64,000 nt of DNA from an uncultured Clostridia bacterium (GTDB lineage Bacteria > Bacillota > Clostridia > Oscillospirales > UBA644): the NCBI GenBank assembly GCA_948443805.1, contig CAOJUB010000003.1:1086-65085 (forward strand). The letters run 5' to 3'. This document shows positions 59,215-64,000 of the stretch, one piece after another (the first letter of the stretch is position 1; the number at the start of each line of letters is the position of its first letter). The notes beneath the pieces were generated by a model. The model saw only the letters and a program-made list of their open reading frames with translations, did not search any database and was not told the DNA's origin. A program made the position numbers and the translations under genes.

Positions 59215-60399
59215 TTATGATATTGTTACCGTAAAAATGTTCCGGCTGTTCCGGCAGTCGACCGAAATGGTTCCATGATGGGCGGAAACAATTGTTTTTG
59301 CAATCGAAAGGCCTAATCCGTAACTTCCGTTTTCCCGGCTTCTTGCTTTGTCCACGCGATAAAAGCGGTCGAAAATCTTCTTTCGGTCTGCATAGGGAAT
59401 TTCCGGTCCGGTATTGGATACCTGTAAAATGGTTTTTCCGCGGTTTTGCTGCAGAAGAACGCTGATTTTGCCGCCCGGTTCGGTATATTTTACGGCATTG
59501 TCCGTCAGGATGGCCGCAACCCGGCCGAGCTGTTCCTGATTGCCGGAAAGAAAGACGGATTCCTGCAGCGAAACGGAAAGATCCACCTGTTTTTCATAGG
59601 CAATGCTTTCAAAAGGCATAACCGCGCCGCGCACCGTTTCGGTCAGATCAAATCTCTGAAAGGAGAGTTTGTTTTCTGTTGTTTCCATGCGGGTCAGCGT
59701 CAGCATATTATTGACCAGTCCGCTCATTTTATAGGCTTCGTTTTTGATGTAACCGAGCCATTTGCTTTCTCCGATTTCCGATTCCAGCGTATCGGCGTTC
59801 GCCGTAATTACGGCGAGGGGGGTTTTCAGTTCGTGGCTGACATCGGAAACAAAAATCTTTTGTTTGTGAAAGGCTTCTTCGATCGGCTTTGTCAGCCATT
59901 TGGCAAGAAAAAGGACCATGCAGAAGAGCAGAAACAGCCCCATGCTTCCAAAAATAAGAGAATAAAGCCCGACCGCCCGGATATTGGCTTCGGTGATCCG
60001 GTTATCCATAAAAACGATCAGTTTTCCGTACGATTCATCCTTTACGGTATACAGCATATGGTCGATCGCGCCGCTGTTCTTCCCCCGGATCAGCACTTTT
60101 GTTGCAAGAGCGGCCAGCTGTTCGTCGGTATACATGGCGTTGTTTTCGGAAACGGATTTAAAGGCGTTTCCGTACATATCGATAAATACCCGGAAAAAAC
60201 GGTAAGAAAAAAGGGATGAATTTTCCTCCGATGCGATCAGCATTTCTCCGGAAGAGGCAACTTCGTTCAGATAATGAAACGCCTCTTGCTGGCTGGCGTT
60301 ATAGTTGACTATATTGACCGCGACGAGAATGCCGATGGTGACGGATGAAAGGATCGCCATCAGGATCGCCGTAATCTGAATCTGTAGTTTTCGTATCAT
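59215..60399 (-). CDS. Sensor histidine kinase
   Basis: Two TM helices, SHELKTP, DNAVKY, FDRFYR, GLGLSIA. Confidence 0.93.
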   Translation of the reverse strand: MIRKLQIQITAILMAILSSVTIGILVAVNIVNYNASQQEAFHYLNEVASSGEMLIASEENSSLFSYRFFRVFIDMYGNAFKSVSENNAMYTDEQLAALATKVLIRGKNSGAIDHMLYTVKDESYGKLIVFMDNRITEANIRAVGLYSLIFGSMGLFLLFCMVLFLAKWLTKPIEEAFHKQKIFVSDVSHELKTPLAVITANADTLESEIGESKWLGYIKNEAYKMSGLVNNMLTLTRMETTENKLSFQRFDLTETVRGAVMPFESIAYEKQVDLSVSLQESVFLSGNQEQLGRVAAILTDNAVKYTEPGGKISVLLQQNRGKTILQVSNTGPEIPYADRKKIFDRFYRVDKARSRENGSYGLGLSIAKTIVSAHHGTISVDCRNSRNIFTVTIS

Positions 60400-60402
60400 G
60401 TA

Positions 60403-61080
60403 TCAGTTTTCCTCCAGCGTGTAGCCGATGCCGCGAACCGCTTTGATTTTCACCTTTGAACCGATGAATTTTATTTTTTTCCGGGTAAACGAAACATACA
60501 CTTCGGCGCTGTTATATTCCGCTTCGCTTTCAAATCCCCAGACTTTTTCAACGATTTGTTCCTTGGTGATGATTTGATTCTGATTCCGGAGCATATATTC
60601 CAGCAGCTGAAATTCTTTTTGGCCGAGCTGCATGGTTTTTTTTGTCTCGCGGCTGGAGATGACGCAGCGTTTGGTGTCGAGGATCAGATCCCCGAACGAG
60701 AGGGTCTGGTCTTCCATTTCACCTTTCCGCCGGGAGATCGCCCGGAGCCGGGCAAGCAGCTCCTGCAGCTGAAACGGTTTGGTCAGATAATCGTCGGCGC
60801 CGTTGTCCAGACCTTCTACCTTATCTTCGGTTTCAGACCGTGCCGTCAGCATTAAAACCGGGGTGGCAATTTTTTCGGCTCGAAGTTCTTTCAGCACGTC
60901 GATTCCGTTTTTTTTCGGAAGCATAATATCCAGAATAATCACATCGTAGATTCCTGTCAGCGCCTGATCCATGCCTTCTATGCCGTCGAAGGCAAGATCA
61001 ACGGTGTAGTTTTCTCTTTTCAGCGAGGCTTCCAGCGCTTCTGCAAGGGCGCGTTCGTCTTCAACCAGCAGCAGTCTCAT
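60403..61080 (-). CDS. OmpR-family response regulator
   Basis: VEDE, LDIMLP, GADDYLTKPF, VRGIGY. Confidence 0.95.
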   Translation of the reverse strand: MRLLLVEDERALAEALEASLKRENYTVDLAFDGIEGMDQALTGIYDVIILDIMLPKKNGIDVLKELRAEKIATPVLMLTARSETEDKVEGLDNGADDYLTKPFQLQELLARLRAISRRKGEMEDQTLSFGDLILDTKRCVISSRETKKTMQLGQKEFQLLEYMLRNQNQIITKEQIVEKVWGFESEAEYNSAEVYVSFTRKKIKFIGSKVKIKAVRGIGYTLEEN

Positions 61081-61139
61081 CGGAATTTCCTTTCTTGTTG
61101 CATCGGATTAATTTTTCTTCTATCTGTATTGTATCATTG

Positions 61140-61229
61140 AAACTTGAAAAAAACTTGAAATTTAACCGGGGGCTTTTTCTGTTTTTTGAACTTTTTTTGA
61201 CTTTGGCTTTGATTCAATCTTTTTTCAAG
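61140..61229. promoter_or_regulatory. Two TTCAA-N6-TTCAA direct-repeat boxes in opposite orientation
   Basis: AACTTGAAAAAAACTTGAAA (61141-61160) and TTCAATCTTTTTTCAAG (61213-61229), each upstream of a -10-like hexamer. Confidence 0.7.
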
Positions 61230-61276
61230 GAAAAAACGGTAAACTATGCCCGTAAATAAAATACCGGAAAGGAAAG

Positions 61277-62656
61277 ATGATCATGAGTGATTTCAATCTC
61301 AATCAAGGTTTCGGGGAGGAAACGAACGAACCGAAAATCTTTCGCGGAGAGATCACCGGCAGGGAAAATCAAGAACAAACAGTTTATCCGGTGAGCAATC
61401 CGGTTCCTCCTTCTGCCTATGACGCCCGGCAGACATTCCGGACGCCGGAACCGCCGAAACCAAAAAAGAAAAAGAAATTTCTGGGGGTGATCGCCCTTGC
61501 CTGTGTTTTCGGCCTGGTTGCAGGAATCGTCTTTCAGGGTGTGAATCTGGCCGGAAATTTGCTGTTCGGCGGCAAACAACAGAAGGCTACAACCTTATCG
61601 CCTGCGGTAATCCAGACGGCAACCGGCGGGGAATCCGGTTCGGTAACCGATGTCAGCGCGGTGACCGAAGCGGTTATGCCGGCCATGGTTTCGATTAATG
61701 TGGTGGCGACAAAAACCATGCAGAATAACAGTTTCGGTGGCTTTTTCGGAGGCTTTGGAAATAATTATGAATACGAAACCCAGGGAAGCGGTTCCGGTAT
61801 CGTTATTTCCGATACAGAAACGGAACTTCTGATTGTAACAAATAATCATGTTGTCGAAGATGCAACGGCGATCAGCGTAACCTTTATCGACGGAAATTCG
61901 TATGACGCTACGATAAAAGGGACGGATTCCGATTTTGATCTGGCAGTGATTTCGATTCAGAAATCGTTGATTTCAGAAGAAACCATGCAGGCGATCAAAG
62001 TGGCGGTTTTAGGGGATTCGACAACACTGAAACTCGGAGAACCGGCAGTTGCTATCGGCAATGCGCTCGGGTTTGGCCAGGCGGTTACCGTCGGTTATAT
62101 CAGCGTTGTTTCGCGCGAAGTTCAGTTAACCGACAATACCATGACGCTGATTCAGACCGATGCGGCGATCAATCCAGGCAATTCCGGCGGCGCGCTGGTG
62201 AATATGCGGGGCGAGGTCGTTGGTATCAATTCCAGCAAGTATAGCTCTACCGATGTGGAAGGCATTGGTTTTGCCATTCCGATCAGCGATGCCATCCCGG
62301 TTATTAACGACCTGATGAATGAAACCAATTTACCCGAAGAACAGCAGGGATATCTGGGAATCCGGGGCGCTGATGTGACTTCTTCCTATCAGAAAACCTT
62401 CGGATGGCCGAAAGGTATTTTTGTATCAAGCGTGACGGCCGGTTCTCCCGCAGCTCTTGCCGGAATGCGGGCACAGGATATTATTGTCAGCTTTGACGGC
62501 AGGGAAACTTTGTCGATGGATGCTTTGCAGGCACGCCTGAAACGGAAAACCTCCGGCGATCAGGTTGAGGTGATTGTGCAGCGCCAGAACGCCGATGGCA
62601 GCTTTGCCGAGGTTTCTATGACGGTAACGCTGATTTCCCGGTCGCAGGCGGAATAA
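61277..62656 (+). CDS. htrA: HtrA/DegP serine protease
   Basis: TM helix, GSG, TNNHV, IQTDAAINPGNSGG, PDZ domain. Confidence 0.93.
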   Translation: MIMSDFNLNQGFGEETNEPKIFRGEITGRENQEQTVYPVSNPVPPSAYDARQTFRTPEPPKPKKKKKFLGVIALACVFGLVAGIVFQGVNLAGNLLFGGKQQKATTLSPAVIQTATGGESGSVTDVSAVTEAVMPAMVSINVVATKTMQNNSFGGFFGGFGNNYEYETQGSGSGIVISDTETELLIVTNNHVVEDATAISVTFIDGNSYDATIKGTDSDFDLAVISIQKSLISEETMQAIKVAVLGDSTTLKLGEPAVAIGNALGFGQAVTVGYISVVSREVQLTDNTMTLIQTDAAINPGNSGGALVNMRGEVVGINSSKYSSTDVEGIGFAIPISDAIPVINDLMNETNLPEEQQGYLGIRGADVTSSYQKTFGWPKGIFVSSVTAGSPAALAGMRAQDIIVSFDGRETLSMDALQARLKRKTSGDQVEVIVQRQNADGSFAEVSMTVTLISRSQAE

Positions 62657-62664
62657 CTGAAAAG

Positions 62665-62704
62665 AAAAGCAAGGCAGTTCATCAGGAACCGCCTTGCTTT
62701 TTTT
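62665..62704 (+). terminator. Rho-independent terminator
   Basis: AAAAGCAAGGC...GCCTTGCTTTTTTT. Confidence 0.75.
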
Positions 62705-62787
62705 CGGAATTTAAGGCTGCAAAAAAGTAATCCGACCATCCGGTTGCATAATCCGTTCCGGATAACTGCTTTTTTTCGGTGTAAAAT

Positions 62788-63390
62788 TCATGTTATATTT
62801 GATAAAAATGGGTTTTCTTTGAAAGGCTGCGCAGGAATATGACTGTAACGGATTGTTGTTGGATGATAGCTTGCGATTCGCTTCCAATCGTCTTTTAGCT
62901 TTTGATTTTTTTCATAGGCGTCAATCCATTCTATTGGTTCTACATCTCCCACACAGCAATTCCCGTCGTCGAAAAGAACGGCGGCGCCGTCCTGGCTGTG
63001 GCTGGCGGTTGCTATAATTTCGCCCTGGATGCCGATTCGGTTTAAAAAGCCCCGGCTTTCTTGGCAGGAAATGATGGTGGCTTTGCTTTCGTCTATCGGC
63101 TTGTATGGCAAGTGCGGCGTCCGGGAAAAGATCGGATCGGAATAATGGACGTGCCTGATTTGATGCCGCAGCAATAAAAGCGTTATGCCCATGTCCGTCA
63201 ATTCACCGATAAGGCCGATGTGATCGGGATGATAATGCGTTGCCAGAATATAACGGATATCGGAGAGCAGAATATGATTTCTCTTTATTTCCTGATAGAA
63301 AGCGGGCAATGTTCCTGCATAATCCGTATCGATTAATAATCCGTTGACGAAGAAGGTATTGGTTTTTCCGTATCTCAGTCGGGTAATCAT
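62788..63390 (-). CDS. Metallo-beta-lactamase-fold hydrolase
   Basis: LIDT, THYHPDHIG, SHS, GD motifs. Confidence 0.85.
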   Translation of the reverse strand: MITRLRYGKTNTFFVNGLLIDTDYAGTLPAFYQEIKRNHILLSDIRYILATHYHPDHIGLIGELTDMGITLLLLRHQIRHVHYSDPIFSRTPHLPYKPIDESKATIISCQESRGFLNRIGIQGEIIATASHSQDGAAVLFDDGNCCVGDVEPIEWIDAYEKNQKLKDDWKRIASYHPTTIRYSHIPAQPFKENPFLSNIT

Positions 63391-63425
63391 GTCTTTTTTC
63401 CCTTATCCGTTTGTCTTTTCCCCGG

Positions 63426-63470
63426 AAAGAAACACCCAGAGAAGCAGTAGCTTTTATGGGTGTTTCTTTT
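63426..63470 (-). terminator. Terminator-like hairpin after the phosphatase gene
   Basis: AAAGAAACACCCA...TGGGTGTTTCTTT. Confidence 0.65.
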
Positions 63471-63499
63471 GGTATTTTGTTTTCCGTCGGAAAATTTTT

Positions 63500-64000
63500 T
63501 TATCCGATTCCTACGGTTTTGATTTTTTTGTCCATAAGTACCCGTATCGGATTCTGATAGAAGAGTTTCTGCGCATAGTCTTCGTCGAAATGATCGGAGA
63601 CATAATCGGCTGCTTCTCCAAGCAGGGGGGCGCGGTCAAGCAGATTGTGCCCATCGGAAGAAATAATATGAATCAGCTTTTTTTTGAGCAGAGCCCGGAT
63701 ATATTTTTTGGTGTCTGCGGCAATCTCATCGACAACCGAAGAGGCATTTGCCTGAATGACGACGCCCATCGCTGCCAGGTCTTCCACACGCTTGATTTCC
63801 CGCAGGGATTTATATTTTTCCACATGGGCAAGAACGGGGATATATCCTTCCGCGAAAATTTTGTTCATGGCCTTCTGTATGACGAAATGCGATTCAAGCG
63901 GGCTGAATTCAACCAACACATAGCGGCTTTCACCGAGGGTGTAGCATTTGCCCTGCTGAATGGATTTCGCAAAATCGTTGTGGTAAAAAATTTCACTGCC
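63500..64000 (-). CDS. CpsB/CapC PHP-family tyrosine phosphatase, C-terminal part
   Basis: SRYVLVEF, PVLAHVE, QANASS, SSDGHN...R; the gene starts beyond the window. Confidence 0.85.
   Translation of the reverse strand, partial: GSEIFYHNDFAKSIQQGKCYTLGESRYVLVEFSPLESHFVIQKAMNKIFAEGYIPVLAHVEKYKSLREIKRVEDLAAMGVVIQANASSVVDEIAADTKKYIRALLKKKLIHIISSDGHNLLDRAPLLGEAADYVSDHFDEDYAQKLFYQNPIRVLMDKKIKTVGIG

Noticed and set aside
1-64000. CRISPR arrays, IS elements, rRNA
   Set aside because: No regularly spaced repeats, transposase ORFs or rRNA-like sequence seen by eye

Overview
Chromosomal segment of an anaerobic Firmicute (Clostridia; the dockerin-bearing proteins and gene order suggest an Oscillospirales-like gut organism, inferred). 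It contains: (i) a secreted cell-wall-hydrolase-like gene fragment, fba and a parE/parC-like topoisomerase operon; (ii) a mosaic of accessory genes at 8.8-30.8 kb, including two dockerin proteins, a MerR-pentapeptide fusion with a 19-bp-spacer MerR promoter, 6S RNA, a guanidine-IV riboswitch ahead of a PnuC-like transporter, a GH31 hydrolase, FprA, a gene split by a single in-frame TAG, and an AT-rich broken nucleotidyltransferase next to tRNA-Leu(GAG); (iii) the conserved yicC-remA-gmk-rpoZ-priA-def-fmt-rlmN-stp-pknB-rsgA cluster, without coaBC or rsmB, followed by tandem nucleoside hydrolases and mgtE; (iv) a Wzx/Wzy polysaccharide locus with PseF, a KpsS-like protein, a G-tract-frameshifted acetyltransferase and Fkp; (v) a two-component system divergent from htrA with shared direct-repeat boxes. 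I saw no CRISPR array, rRNA, transposase or integrase. All family calls come from motif recognition by eye, not database searches.
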